A stretch of DNA of 64,000 nt, taken from contig OZ024742.1 of NCBI GenBank assembly GCA_964016885.1, positions 219,976,001 to 220,040,000 on the forward strand, written 5' to 3'. The stretch is from Eledone cirrhosa (lineage: Eukaryota). This document shows positions 1 to 13,304 of the stretch, piece after piece. Under the pieces are notes generated by a model that was given only the letters and a program-made list of their open reading frames with translations, was not told the DNA's origin and did no database searches. The translations under genes were made by a program, and so were the position numbers. Position 1 is the first letter of the stretch. Every line of letters begins with the position of its first letter.

Positions 1-13
1 TATATATATATAT

Positions 14-352
14 TGGCTTAGTGGTTAGAGCATTGGCCTTGCAATCGAAAGGTTGTGAGTTCAATTCTCAGACCTGGTGATGTGTTGTTTCTTTGAGCAA
101 GACACTTTATTTCACATTGCTTCAGTTTACTCAGCTGTAGAAATGAGATGATAGGGACTGGGGTCCCTATCATTCCACTGCAAAGTGGTCGTGGAGGTAC
201 CATGGCAAAAAAGCACCCAGCACTCACTGTAAATGAGGTTGGTGTTAGGAAGAGCATCCAGCTGTAGAAATCAAGCCAGAATCAGTTCCCGTCCCACCCT
301 TGCAAGCAGGGAAAAAGCAGACGCAAAAGGAAATGATGAAAATGATGATGAT
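14..352 (+). mobile_element. tRNA-derived CORE-type SINE (family A) with RTE-derived 3' tail
   Basis: A box TGGCTTAGTGG, B box GAGTTCAATTC, then TTGAGCAAGACACTT...CAGTTTACTCAGCTGTAGAAATG resembling the CORE domain, then an RTE 3'UTR-like segment and (GAT)n tail. Near-identical copies at 37271 and 45756. Confidence 0.85.
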
Positions 353-1380
353 ATAATAAAGGAGTGAAGATAACATGGATCAGCTGTACAGTATGGTTTA
401 TTCCAATAGTATTAACAAATATTTCATTGGTCCAGAGTGTTTAAAGCCGCTATCTGTAGTGTGTTGTAACAATCGATTTTAAGTACAGTTTACACCAAGC
501 AAATTCTCAAAATACTATTTTGGTTAAGTTGCTACAACACTTTTATATTTACAAAAACATGAAAAATAACATGGATAATAACAAGAAGGAAAGCATAGTG
601 AGGAGGGTGATATTAGGATAATACAATACCTCGTTAACTTAAATATATATATGAATGAATGACCATTGTTGACTATTGCTAGACAATAATAATTATCAAA
701 ACCACTCAATCATAAAGTAGGGACCATTTAACAGCTAAAGTAAGCACAGTTATGTGCCCTTCATAGACACAACAATAAATATTTGACCTATAACCATAAA
801 CACATAGAGGAAAATACCTTAGGTTGGCTTTCTGACAAGTTTGGAGGATAAAAATATATAAGTGATAATAAAAAGCTTAAGAGATAAATTTCATATAAAT
901 TACTTTTAAAAATAGTAAAGTGTAATTACATTTTTAGTGCTGACTAAATATAACTTTTTATTATTTATTTATATTAACTTATAATTGAAATTAATTTATT
1001 AGTTTAAACTGAAATATATATTTAAAAATTCACATTTTTTGTTGATTAGTTGAAATTATCAATTTATCATCAATTGGCAGCAGAAAATAATATCAATTAT
1101 GATAAATCTATAAAATAGATTTATCATCAATACAGAATATTAAACTATGATTTTTCTCATCAGTAGGGAGTATTAAATAACTATCATAAAATACAAAACA
1201 TCAATTTTGCTTCAAAACAATTTTCATGTCACACAGTTGTATTGATTAGAATGTTCTTTTTTTTTCTAATCAATAGTAAATACCTGTCAATAAGAATATG
1301 TATAGAATATCAATATTATCTACCTCATACAGTAAATAATACCACACAGTATCTAACTAAAACAAAAACCAAAAAAGAAA

Positions 1381-1872
1381 CCGGACATGGACATTAGAAT
1401 TTCCAAAGTCTAGGCTGAAATGAACAAAATGGAAAGGATATGGAAGTCAGATCTACTCAGTAAAAATCAAAATATTATTCTTCAGAACATCTGTGGAGTC
1501 AGTGTTGTTGTATGGATCAGGTACATGGACCCTGACACAAGTACTTGGGAAGAAACTAGATGGTGGATACACTAAAATGCTTAGGGTTGTACAAAATATA
1601 AACTGGTGTCAATGTATTACAAATGAAAATTTATACAGAAACTTGCCTAAGATAACGACTACAATTGTTCAAAGACTTATGATTTGAAGGGCATTGCTGG
1701 AGAAGTAAGCTACTATTGTGGGAACCAACTCATGGGAGATGCAGTAGAGGAAGACCTGCTTGAACCTTCATCAATCAACTTCAGTAGGGAGTAGTTGCCA
1801 GGAGCAATGGAAAATCATGACTTGTGGAGAGACTTAGCTAGGAATGTTTGACTGTGGTTGCAATGATGATGA
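1381..1872 (+). mobile_element. Decayed RTE-clade LINE 3' fragment
   Basis: ORF 1493-1687 ESVLLYGSGTWTLT...KMLRVVQNINW is the RTE post-RT region. Continues out of frame (GHCWR...RGRP) and ends in (GAT)n. Confidence 0.75.
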
Positions 1873-2319
1873 TCTATCTTTTACAAATCATACAATATCT
1901 ATCTTACCATATACAACATACAGTAAATACCTTATATGACACACAGTATCTATCTTTTACAACATCATACAGTATTTTATACAACATTCATTATATACTT
2001 TATCACTGTGTATTTTATACAACAATTTACAGTATCTATCTTAAGCAACAGTATACATTAATTATCTTAAGCAACAATATAGAGTATCTATTTTATATAA
2101 CATTAATTTTATACATTATATAACATCATTCAGTATATATTTTCTCAAAGACCATACAGTAAATATGTTATACAACATCTTATAGTAAATAAACAGTTTG
2201 AATGGAATTTTGAGACAAAGTTAATCAGGAGATAGCTAAAGGAAATATTTACACTGTTATTGTTGTTAGTTTCAGCATTTGGTTATCAGAAGGGAGGTAG
2301 GTGTAAAAGCTGAACTCAC

Positions 2320-2780
2320 TATCTTCAATTTGGTATGCATGCCAACCCTTGTGTATGGTCATGAATCTTGGGTAATTGGCAAAAGAATACGATTGTAAAT
2401 ACAAAATGGGGTTCCTCCGAAGAGTCTTTGAAATAATGTTACTCGAAAAAGTACATAGCTCAGCAATCAGAGAGTCATTACAGGGAGAGCTGCTACTTAT
2501 CTGAATTGAGAGATCACAACTCTGATTCTTTGGCTATGTGGTTAGAATGTCTCAGGAAAGAATTACTGGACAGATTTTACTTGCAAAACCAACTGGCAAG
2601 GACCCAGGGGTAGACTCTGAGCAAATGGTTAGATAACATATATGAGCTCAGCTAGTCTTGCTTGGGGATTCAGCTGAATCAATAGGAAACAGTTGCTTCT
2701 TACAGGACCTACTGGAAGACATGCTTGAGGACTCTGCATCCACAACTCTCACCAGAATAAGTGAGCAAAGAAGAAAATTG
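2320..2780 (+). mobile_element. Decayed RTE-clade LINE 3' fragment
   Basis: Translates with stops/frameshifts to PTLVYGHESWV...GFLRRV...FGYVVRM...GKDPGVD, typical of the RTE C-terminus. Confidence 0.6.
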
Positions 2781-2821
2781 TTGTTATCCTCATCATCAAC
2801 TTTCTTCGGTGATTATCAAGG

Positions 2822-2972
2822 GAGGTAGATGACAGAAACAATGAAATTATCAGAGGTAGATGACAGAAACAATGAAATTATCAGAGGTAGATGACAGAAA
2901 CAATGAAATTATCAGAGGTAGATGACAGGAACAATGAAATTATCAGAGGTAGATGACAGAAACAATGAAATG
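2822..2972 (+). repeat. 31-bp minisatellite, about 4.9 copies
   Basis: Unit GAGGTAGATGACAGAAACAATGAAATTATCA repeated head-to-tail with no spacers. Confidence 0.95.
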
Positions 2973-3359
2973 ATAGGCAAGATATATTTACATCCCATCA
3001 CAATGTCAGTTCATTGTTGATTTTGATTGTCTTCCTTCTCCATCATTTAATGTCTATTTTCCATGCTTGCATGGATTATAAGGCCATCACATGCTGAGGC
3101 CAGACTTGTTAGGTGAATAGGTCCTGCTTGTATGCTTTGTTTCTATGGCTGGATGCCCTACTAACACCAATCTCATTACAGTGTGTACTGGGGGCATGGT
3201 TTATACAGCTGGATGCCCTAATAGCAACCACTTACAGGGTGGAATGTGTGCTTTTGTTGTGGTGTTGATAAATTAGTACAGAGAAGTTAATATAATTGAC
3301 TATACTTCTCCCACAAAATGTGACCTTGTGCCAGTATACAAATCATTAATATTATTATT

Positions 3360-4430
3360 ATTTGAGTAGTATCAGTGGTAGAGCATTGGACAACACACTT
3401 TGCAGCATAGAGTTACGTCCCATTACGTTCTGAGTTCAAATTCTATTGAGGTTAGCTTTGCTTTTCATCCTGATGAGGTCTATAAAATAAAGTACCAGAA
3501 GCACACGAGTGTCTTATTGTATTTAGCTGTGTACCATTATGCTGTAAGTTCAAATCTTTCCAGAGCCAACTCTACTATTCCTCCTTTTCAGGTGTCAATA
3601 CTATAAGTACTATAACTGATTCTATCTTCCTCCAAAATGTCAGGCATTTTTAATAATGAAATTATAAATCAGTACTATGTGCATTACTGGTACTTTATTT
3701 TATCGACCCTGTAAGGATGAAAGGCAAAGTTAACCTTTGCTGGATTTCAACTCAGAACATTAAGAGACATACCTAAATGCTGAAAACCATTTTGCTCAAT
3801 GCTCTGCCAACACTGCTAATCCACCATCCTAAAAATCATTATTATTATAATATGAGTTCAAATCCCACCAACGTTAACTTTCTTTGCCTTTCATCCTTAC
3901 CGGGTCGATAAAATAAAGCACCAGTAATACACTGGGATAATTGCTCACCTTGTGCCAAAAGTAGAAACAATTATTATAACAATTATTATTATGAAGACAG
4001 AGGGTGGTGGATTGACAGAATTTTCTGAGCATCAAACAAAATGCCTTGCAGTATTTGTTCGTTCTTTACATTCTGAGTTCAAATCCTGCTGAAGTCAACC
4101 TTACCTTTAATCTTTTGAAGTTGATAAAAAGAGTTCCAGTCCAGTACTGGGGTCAATTCTTCCTCTATAATCTCTTTCACACCTCCTCTCTACCACTCTC
4201 TTTCTTTTTCTAGAAGAAATTAGTTGTGTTCAAACATGAGAAAGGAGATGGTCTACTCCAGGTTTTTAAAATATGCCTAAGAAATGCCATATGTCAGCAC
4301 CCCTATGATTCTACCAGAAGTTATGAATGAAAAGAAGCCATAATTTAAGTATTGGGATCGATTTCATCGACTTTACACTTCCTGCCCTGATATTGCTGGC
4401 CTTGTGTTAAATTAGAAACCATTATTATTA
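3360..4430. mobile_element. Cluster of decayed family B SINE copies in both orientations
   Basis: Repeated GAGTTCAAATC, GCCTTTCATCC...GTCGATAAAATAAAGTACCAG and GGCCTTGTG motifs, or their reverse complements. Confidence 0.75.
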
Positions 4431-6027
4431 TTGTTATTACTTTGTAGATAATATCAGCCTGAGTTAAAGTTGTTGAATGGTTTTGTTTTTGACAGAGAAA
4501 TCGTTTTACAATAAATTGATGTCCTTTCTTCTAACATTAAGCAATAAACTATGTCAATGAATGAAAGGCAAGTATAGTTACGTGGGTGTTGTCATATTAT
4601 ACATGATAAAACACCATTTGGTTACAAGTTCACCTTTTATGATTTGTTCAATAAAAGAATTAAACATTGATCTCATTTTCTCCTTGTTCAGGAGGAAAAT
4701 CTATTTAAATGGTTCCAAAACTGAATAATTACTATTTTTCATAAACAAAAATCATGTTAACTACAAATAAAAGTTATAAACTTAAACTAAATATCACAAT
4801 ATAAACCAGGACAATACATTAAATATCTTCCAAATTTATTTTATTGGCAATTTAGATTTGATTAATGTTATCTCTCTAAAACTTAGAAGTACAAAACATT
4901 TGTCATAACCTTAGTAGTTGTTTTTTATTTTGTTTTTTTGTTTAATATATTATATCATTATTTTGAACTTAGTCACATATTTTCAAAAATACATTGATTA
5001 AAGGGGTGGTGTTGGTGTTGTTGAAAGGACCCTTCAGTTGTGCCATGGTACAGCAACCTCCTTAGTGTTGGTAACCTACATGATAAACATACCCAATACA
5101 AATCCTGTGGTGTTTAAAATATGGCATAATGTTGGGTGATGGATTAAGTTTTCCACTCAAAGTACAATGCAAGGAAATAAATAATTATTTAGCTGTAAAC
5201 TCCTTAAAATATCATCTGAATTAACTAATACTTAATGAGGAAGACTATATGGTCTCTAGATCTGTAAGAAATAGCACCCAAATTTCCTTCAAATCACACC
5301 TAGTCATTTTAAATAAGGAAAGAGCGTATTACGTGATATAGTCCTTTAAACACACAAGATGGTGATGAGTGTAATACCTTTTATATGTCTGTTTAGTGAG
5401 AGTTGGCCTAAGACTACAACAATAAATAATGGTTTCTGGCATAGACACAAGGCCAACAATTTGGGGGGAGAGGAAAGTCAATAAATTGAACCAGTACATT
5501 ACTGGTACTTTATTTTATTGACCCTATAAGGAAATCCATTAATAGATTTGTTTATATAAATTTATGACAATTTCTTTCTTTGACATCTTTTTGTTTCACA
5601 TTAACAATGGGTTTTATTGCAGCTGGTATGCACTTCATACAGTAAGACACTTAACAATAACATAATATACAGAATCAATTTGTCAGACAGACAAACTAAA
5701 GCAAGACTTTACTTCCTTCTGTTCATAATAATATTGCTTTATCATATACATCTCACATCTTTGCTAAAACATTTGTGTAACTACAAACTTTTTCAATCAT
5801 TATCTTCACCCAATGTCATTTCTTTTGGTTTTCCAAATCAAATTAAAGCCCACTACATTTTAACTGAATTGTAATTACATACATCTATTTTCACATCTTC
5901 CAACTATCAGAATTCTATATTCTGAACCTAACAAACAGAACTATGGTATTACTCACTGTTGTGTTCTCTTTTGTATTTGTTTCATTTCCTATCTTTCCCA
6001 CATACATAACCTCAACTGTATTCACAA

Positions 6028-7732
6028 CTAGCAGCAGTATCCAGCGTTGCCTAGGTAGGTAAAATAATATCTGCTTTGATGAAAAGGTGTTGATCTTAGC
6101 GACTGCTTCTCAATGACTCATCTATGGCCACACACACAGTTGACCCTGAACTTTAAATGTAGGCATGAAACTGTCTTCCTTAACAATGTTTGCTCCAAAC
6201 AATGTCATCTGAAAGGCGCAGTTGTATTTCCGGATATTTTCAAGGAAGTGCTTAGACTCCGCTGTTTCACCTGTCAGATACATCTTCAATGGCTCAGGTG
6301 GATCAAGGAGGAAAGGTAAGCTGACATTTCCATTCGCGCAGCACATCCCAGATGGTTCACCTGGCCACTTCATGGCATTGCAGTAGGTGCAAATGGTGGA
6401 CATATCGCCAATGATCACATCAGCATGGGTGGCATTATTGAAGGTTTGGCTATATTCAAACGCCTTAAGTAGCCATCGCGAACTGGAAGGCCTTGAAAAA
6501 TCATTTCTGGAAAGGCTTTTTTGAAGATTAATCTGCAACCGATCACGCCTTTCGGATGATGTCTCCGTAGACCGTGTCATGGCTGTCGACATTGCGTTTC
6601 TTCTTTGTTTGCGAACGCGCTGACCCTCATTTTCAGAAGCTCATGCACTGGCCTTCGATACAGCATCTCTTGTCTGTCTGCAGATGCGCCGATCCTCCAT
6701 TTCAGCAGCGTGTGCAGCGGCTGTGGACATTGTGTTTCTAGTTCATCTTATTTCGGCATTTTGTAGTGGCTCACTTGCTCGTCTATTTGTCATACTTCTG
6801 CCTCGCGCCGTTTTCTGACCAATTTTGTTACTCTTCTTCGGAGGCATTATCTAAAGAGTAGTTTAAGCACATCTGGAATAGAACTCATGAAAGAGATTAA
6901 TGCAGAGAACAATATAGCCGGATTGTACAAAGTTACCATTTATCGCAGACTTAAAAAGTTAAAGAATTATCGTTGACACCCGGTTGTAGTAGAGGTCAAT
7001 AGTGTGAACTGACATGAACGGAGTCCAAGTAGGAATAAAACTTGGTTGGAAATTCATGAGCTAGCGAGTTTCTTGAAAATCGGTCGTAAGGTGTAGAAAT
7101 GGTGAAATGTTGAGTGAAATTGTATATAATTTTATATATATACAGATATATATAAAATAGAGAGAAAGATTATATATATATAATAGAGAGAGAGAGAATT
7201 AACATACAGATCGATGTAGGAGTGTAGATATTAAGTGATGTCGTCTGCTGAGTTAACGGTGAAAGTTTATATGGATTGACGATTTCTCCTACATTCGTTC
7301 TTTTTCATCAGTAGTGTCTAATGATAGAATGGTGTTGATGTTTCTTAAGACGATTTTACTTAAATATTTTGTTCAATGTATTTTTAGCTGGTAGAGTGAC
7401 CAAGAAGTAATTTGTCATTGTGTGGCAATTGTTTTAACCGATTAGAGTAACTATCAACGGGAAATAATTCCTTCTGTCCTGCTTCTTAGGTATCAAGATT
7501 TACTTCCCTTTAATTTGTTTTAACTAAGATTTTGTGAATTCGGTTGACGTATTTTTGAATATTTAATGACCCTGGAATAAAAAAAACGATACGCTGATAT
7601 ATAGAAAACACTCCCCGATGACTAATCTATGAGCCTGTAAAGGTTCATGAAAATCAATCGTAAGATGTAGACCCCTATAGGTAATACACAGACACACACA
7701 CACACACATACTTAATTTTATATATATACAGA
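6028..7732 (-). mobile_element. Internally deleted Helitron
   Basis: Minus strand reads A|TCTGTATATATATAAAA at the 5' end (7732) and CCTAGGCAACGCTGGATACTGCTGCTAG|T at the 3' end (6028): TC start, subterminal hairpin-like motif, CTAG end, A/T insertion site. Contains RepHel N-terminal coding remnant. Confidence 0.85.
6122..6847 (-). pseudogene. Helitron RepHel N-terminal remnant (Zn-finger region)
   Basis: Starts MPPKKSNKIGQK at 6847 and is interrupted by a stop. Downstream CTYCNAMKWPGEPSGMCCANGNVSLP...IRKYNCAFQMTLFG...FKVQGQ is the conserved pre-Rep region of Helitron RepHel proteins. Confidence 0.85.
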
Positions 7733-8311
7733 TGACTTCACCAAGACGAACAAATTTCTCTTTTAATACCAACCTACCCAAGATGATAAAGTACACATTC
7801 CACATGGTAACGTTATTAAACTTTTCTTCATTTTTTTTTAATAAACGGAGAGGTCTCTAACATTGCAGTAGACAAGACAGCTTTTTTGTGTTGGTGCCAT
7901 GGTACAATACACCCAGTGACCCACTATATTCTGTAAAGTAGTTGGCAGTTGAACAGGGACATTGCATGGTTGAGAGGACTCTTTAGTCATGTAGCGGATT
8001 TGACAACCACTCTAGTGGTGCTGCAATGTTAAAAATGCCCTGTACACTCTGTAAAGTTGTTGGTGTGGGGAAGGGCATACAGTCATAGAAACTATGTCAA
8101 AAATATATGATCCCTAGTGCATTTAGGTGGGCAGTAATTCTGAATGAAAACTGACTCAGACCATACCTTTAAAATGTACCTAATGGACGTTATTTAATAA
8201 ATTGAAGTTTGGAAAAGTAGAACAGTGTTTTTATATTTATTAATGTTTACACACACAACCCAGTAAACAAATGCAAGTATGTAAAATAATAAATGCATAT
8301 GTAAAATAATA

Positions 8312-8466
8312 ATTGTTTCTAATTTTGGCACAAGGCCAGCAATTATTTCAGTGTATTACTGGTACTTTATTTTATCGACCCCGTAAGGATGAAAGGCAAA
8401 GTGAACCTCGGCGGGATTTGAACTCAGAATGGCAAGGGCCATTGTGTCAAAGCATGGCGTCCGACC

Positions 8467-8470
<4 letters not shown>
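8312..8470 (-). mobile_element. Family B SINE, 5'-truncated
   Basis: Reverse complement of the family B body, ending in a (TA)n tract. Confidence 0.8.
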
Positions 8471-8502
<32 letters not shown>

Positions 8503-9549
8503 AAAAGTTTTATGTGTCAGGCTTAAGCCCTTCTTCAGGAGTACAAAATAGAGACAGGATTACAAAGGAGAAACAGAAAATAGATTTGAGCAAAGAAAAA
8601 AGAAAAAAAAAATTTGGAAACATATACAGCCTTCTTTGCATCCCAGTTTCCCTTTTTTTTTTAACACTTATTTTGCCTCCAGTTGGCTTTTCCTATTTAT
8701 TTCATTTTATTTTTGTATTTTTATATTCACTTATTTCTGTAAATCTTTTTCCTTTCTCAAATCTAAGAAGTACTAGATACTCCCCTTGTCTGCCATGGCT
8801 TACTAGATCTATATGGATGTTTAAATTGTTTAAATAAATAAATATATGTAGGTGTGTATGTGTAAGAGATCTACTTTAATAACTACTATAATAATAATTT
8901 CTAACATAGGCACAAGGCCAGCAATCTGAGGGAGAGGGAGTCAATTAAACCAGCTCCAGTATTTGACTGGTTCTTTATTTTATTAACCTTGGAAGGATGA
9001 AAGGCAAAAATTGATCTCAATGGGATTTGAACATAGATGTAAAGGACCATGGCAAATACTGTAAACATTCTATCTAATTCTTTAACAATTCTGCAAATCC
9101 TAATAACATAGAGAGAGAGAAAGAGTTATATCCTTTATTTCTTTTCACTAATTGCATTCTAGCATTTCTTTCACTTTTCTTGTTACTGTACCATGTGACC
9201 AGTTATTGCCTTCCTCCAACCAGGTCATCTTCCACCCCTGTCCTCTCATACACAACACACACCTTTCATACAACATAGCTATATTTACAACCATCAAACA
9301 CACTTCTTCAACAAAGACAGTTACCTGAAATCACTTCTGTGCAAACAAACTCATTCTATTTTGGGAAATTTATTGGACTGATTTATGTCGAAGTAGATCA
9401 CCACGATAGCTTCCTGGGACTCTTGTGTTTTTGCTTCTAAAGCAGACATAATTATATATATATAAATATATTACTGGAGGGGTGTTTGTGGACTTTTTTG
9501 TTTGTATGTATATATATTTTTTAAATTAATGTTTTGGTCTGATGCAATC

Positions 9550-9720
9550 ATGTCATTTGTAAACTCCAACTGAGATCAGTAAGATTGATGGGGTTGATTT
9601 TCTTCTTGAACAGCTGCAAGTTGATGTTTGCAGGAAATACCTTAGTAGGGAGGGAATTCCAAAGAGATGATGTTCTAGGGGAAGAAGAAATGGAAGAAGT
9701 GGTTTTTGTAGAACTGTGGG
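9550..9720 (-). mobile_element. CR1/Jockey-group LINE 3' end fragment
   Basis: PRTSSLWNSLPTKVFPANINLQLFKKKIN matches the WN.LP...FK C-terminal motif of CR1/Jockey-group ORF2. Confidence 0.65.
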
Positions 9721-9849
9721 GACACACACACACACAATATGAATGACAAGTGGAGAAGAACAAGTAAGTCAAGAGGTTGTACAAGAGTAGCTAATTAGAA
9801 GGAACAAAGGCTACAGTGGTGGTGGCAGTAAAAGCAGAGAGATGAGATA

Positions 9850-10030
9850 GCTATTGTGCCATAATGTAATTCCACAGCTATCATGTCACAGTGTACTCTC
9901 ACAGCTATTGCACCACATTGTAACACCACCACTATTTTGTCACAGTGCACCCTCGCATCTGTTGTGCCACAGTGTAACACCACATCTATTGTGCCACAGT
10001 GTAACAGAACAGCTGTTGTGCCATAATGGT
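9850..10030 (+). repeat. Degenerate minisatellite of about 28 bp
   Basis: About 6 diverged copies of (GC)TATTGTGCCACAGTGTAACACCACA. Confidence 0.75.
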
Positions 10031-10782
10031 ATTCAGTTGCAACCTTTTATATTATCGCTTCAAATACTGTGTGAGTTAATTTTACATTGTTCTCATCAGA
10101 GTTGATGATATAAATACCAGTTATGTACTGAGGTCAATTAAATCAACAATACTCACTCCTCTAAAACTTCTACTGGATTTAGAAATTACCACTATAATTA
10201 TAAGGGCTCTTTAGTTTATGGAGGTACATGCCAACCTTTCTAGCAATGGTGCCATGGAAAAAGGCAATCTCTGTCACAGTGTAAAGTGGTTAGTGTTAGG
10301 AAGGGTATCTAGTTATAGAAATCATGCCAAAAATTGGATTGCATGAGGAATATAGGTTCCTCTGGCCCATCTCTGAGTCATATTGGTGCCAGATTACCAT
10401 ACAGCCATTCTAGGGCATTTTAAAGCCTGGTGGAGCCCATCTCCTCTCCAAGTCTGAATACAGCAGATTTCTTCCAGAGAAGGATGCAGAGAAAGAGAAT
10501 ATAAGTGAGAAAGAGACACAGAGGACTGGTGCTTTTTCATTGACCTAGAATGGATGAAAGGTAAAGTTGACCTAGGTGGGATTTGAACTCAGAGAGCAGA
10601 TAGCTGAAACAAATACTGTAAAGCATTCTATCCACTGTTCTAATAACTGTGTAAATTAGCCACCTTCTATGAGGACAGTGACTTTGAATAAGAGCTGACT
10701 CAGATTGTAATGACCCATTCAATTCATACCATTATTGAAAGCAGTTGTAAAAGGATAATGATGATGAAAATGATTATTATAT

Positions 10783-11120
10783 ACTGGAGCAATGTGAAAT
10801 AAAGTGTCTTGTTGTTTCCTTGAGCAAGACACTTTATTTCACATTGCTCCAGTTTACTCAGCTGTAGAAATGAGATGATAGGACTGGGGGTCCCTATCAT
10901 TCCACTGCAAAGTGGTCGTGGAGGTGCCATGGCAAAAAAGCCCCCTGCCCACACTGTAAAGTGGACATGTAGGCGCCACGGCAAAAAAGCACCCAACACT
11001 CACTGTAAATGAGGTTGGTGTTAGGAAGAGCATCCAGCTGTAGAAATCAAGCCAGAATCAGTTCCTGTCCCACCCTTGCAAGCAGGGAAAAGCAGATGTA
11101 AAATGATGATGATGATGATG
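10783..11120 (+). mobile_element. Family A SINE, headless/rearranged copy
   Basis: CORE-like body and RTE tail as at 14-352, with a short inverted piece at the 5' junction. Retains an extra tail subrepeat also seen in the LINE 3'UTR near 53970. Confidence 0.8.
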
Positions 11121-11344
11121 GAATGCATGCTCTTCCACTTTTTGTAGAAAGGACAAATCCCATAGGTCAGAAAATCAATTTGCTACCAACATTCATTCTA
11201 TGGTGGTCTCATAATACCATCACCAATGATGTGCAGACACTCACTATGGCTAATACACCTGTGGAATTACCTCAAATTCTGTAATGATGAAGACACTGAA
11301 AATGAAGCCCAACCAATTCACTTGTCAGTCATCTAATATATAAT

Positions 11345-11524
11345 TGTTTCTACTTTAGGCACAAGGCCAGCAATTACCCAGTTCATTACTGGTACTTTAT
11401 TTTATCGACTCCATAAGGATGAAAGGCAAAGTCAACCTCGGCAGGATTTGAACTCAGATCGTAAAAGGAAGTAACTATGCTGGAAAGCATGGCGTCCGAC
11501 CTTCTACCAATACTGCCAATCCAC
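11345..11524 (-). mobile_element. tRNA-derived SINE family B (Meta/MESC-like central domain)
   Basis: Full body, flanked by the 13-bp TSD TCTAATATATAAT (11332-11344, 11525-11537). Confidence 0.85.
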
Positions 11525-12104
11525 TCTAATATATAATGATTGGAGGACTGCGGGACTGGGTCAGAAATATTTTTTCTGAAGATCTTATTAAAATAAGTTG
11601 GATTATTTTGAATAAATCATGAATGTATATCATGTAATTATTCTACTAAATTTCGTAGCTGTTGATTAAACATACATATGCTTATATATAATGTATTTTA
11701 AGATTCACTTCTAGTTAGTGTCCGTCATATCTTAACACTTAGCCGTATGCTATATCACATTGCTTATATAAATGTTCATATACTTGCATCATTATATAAG
11801 GTTTATATTTCTGTCGCTAGTTTTCTCCTTTTTTTGTTTTCATAAAATTTTCTCCTAATGCAGTTTATATATAATATTGTCTTTTTTAAATGTATCATGA
11901 ATTACTTTACTGATTTCAGAAGAGAGTGTAACACAGTCTCTCTTCAATTTCTGTGCATATTCTCAAATACAATTTTATTTGACGTATCATATCTACATGA
12001 ATATATATATATATTTGCGTATAATATCAATATGCACACTACAGATGCTAGCAGAAAAACGACCCTTTAGTGGTTTTTCTGTAATGAGGAATGAAAGACC
12101 ACTG

Positions 12105-12297
12105 TCTTTTAGAAGGGAAGTATGACAAGTCTTCCTCGACCTGGAAGCAATGACAATGGAAGCTGTATTTTAGAAAGGGGGTATAACAGCATGTCTTCCT
12201 CTGCCTGGTAGCTATGACAATGGAAGCTGTATTTTAGAAGGGGGGTACAACAGCATATCTTCCTCTTCCTGGCAGCTATCGCAATAGAAGCTGTATA
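12105..12297 (+). repeat. Tandem repeat of about 65 bp, 3 diverged copies
   Basis: TCTTCCTC...CTGG.AGC.ATGACAATGGAAGCTGTATTTTAGAA recurs three times. Confidence 0.75.
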
Positions 12298-12299
12298 GT

Positions 12300-12712
12300 G
12301 GACTCATCTAAAAGAATTGAGGACAGGAATCTTCCTTTCCAGACAAGACTTCAACTTCTTCAAGTTCCACTTGCAGAGGAAGGTGAAAGTGTAGAGAGGG
12401 AAGTATTACCTTTAAGTGTGTGTTATGAAGGTTGGGTGAGTGTGGCAAGATTGACTATACTTTTCTAAGCAGTTAGAAAAAAAAGTTGTGAGAAGACATT
12501 CTAGGGTTTTGTATCGGGTTCTCTCTGGAATTATCCTAAGTGCACCCCCTATTGGGGAACTGTTGCTAGTTGATAGTTATGTTCTATTGTTCTAATTAAT
12601 ATCTTAAAATTTCTATTATTGTGTTCACTTCAATGTAAACCCAACTCTGATGTTTTTTTTTTTCTTGTATCATCTGCAATGACTTGGGCCCTTGTGGCCA
12701 ATAAAAAAACTA
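12300..12712 (+). mobile_element. Tx1/L1-like LINE 3' end fragment
   Basis: FFKFHLQRKVKVEREVL...WV peptide similar to 16093-16290, followed by a CTTGTGGCCAATAAAAAAA end. Confidence 0.45.
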
Positions 12713-12732
12713 TCATTATTTTGAACACTCTT

Positions 12733-12912
12733 GGATTGGCAGTATTGGTAGAGGGTCGGACGCCAAGCTTTGACGCATAGAGTTACGGCCCTTGCTATTC
12801 TGAGTTCAAATCCCGCCGAGGTTAACTTTGCCTTTCATCCTTACGGGGTCGATAAAATAAAGTACCAGTAATACACTGGGTAGTTGCTGGCCTTGTGCCT
12901 AACGCAGAAACA
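12733..12912 (+). mobile_element. SINE family B, young copy
   Basis: A-box-like TGGCAGTATTGG, B box GTTCAAATC, GCCTTTCATCCTTACGGGGTCGATAAAATAAAGTACCAG. 18-bp TSD ATTATTTTGAACACTCTT (12715-12732, 12913-12930). Confidence 0.9.
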
Positions 12913-13262
12913 ATTATTTTGAACACTCTTAGTCTTTTATGAATTCTTTTTGATATATTTTAGTTTGTAAGTATATTTTGTTTTGTTAACTTTATTTAGT
13001 TATTTAAGTGCAATTCCAAAAATAGCCATCCCTCTCAATATATTTTGTTGATTGAGAAGTTTTTAATCAAAAGATGGAAAAATGTTGAATGATATACAAT
13101 TTTTTACATGATCATATTTCATTACTGAATGCTTTCAACTAGTTCGTCAGAAATATCTTTTTTATTTTCTTTAAGCAATTCTAAAATTATTAATCAATTG
13201 ATTTTGTTTTTAATTTTTAAAACCACTATAATTCATATATAAATAATTAAAGCTCCTTCAAG

Positions 13263-13304
<42 letters not shown>

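Noticed and set aside
14-85. tRNA gene
   Set aside because: The tRNA-like head lacks a proper acceptor stem and continues into the SINE body. Multicopy in the window.
2822-2972. 31-bp repeats as a CRISPR array
   Set aside because: Units are contiguous with no spacers.
13118-13156. Minus-strand CTGACGA-ACTAGTT-GAAAGCATTC hammerhead-like string
   Set aside because: Stem II and stem I cannot be formed convincingly. Likely a chance match.
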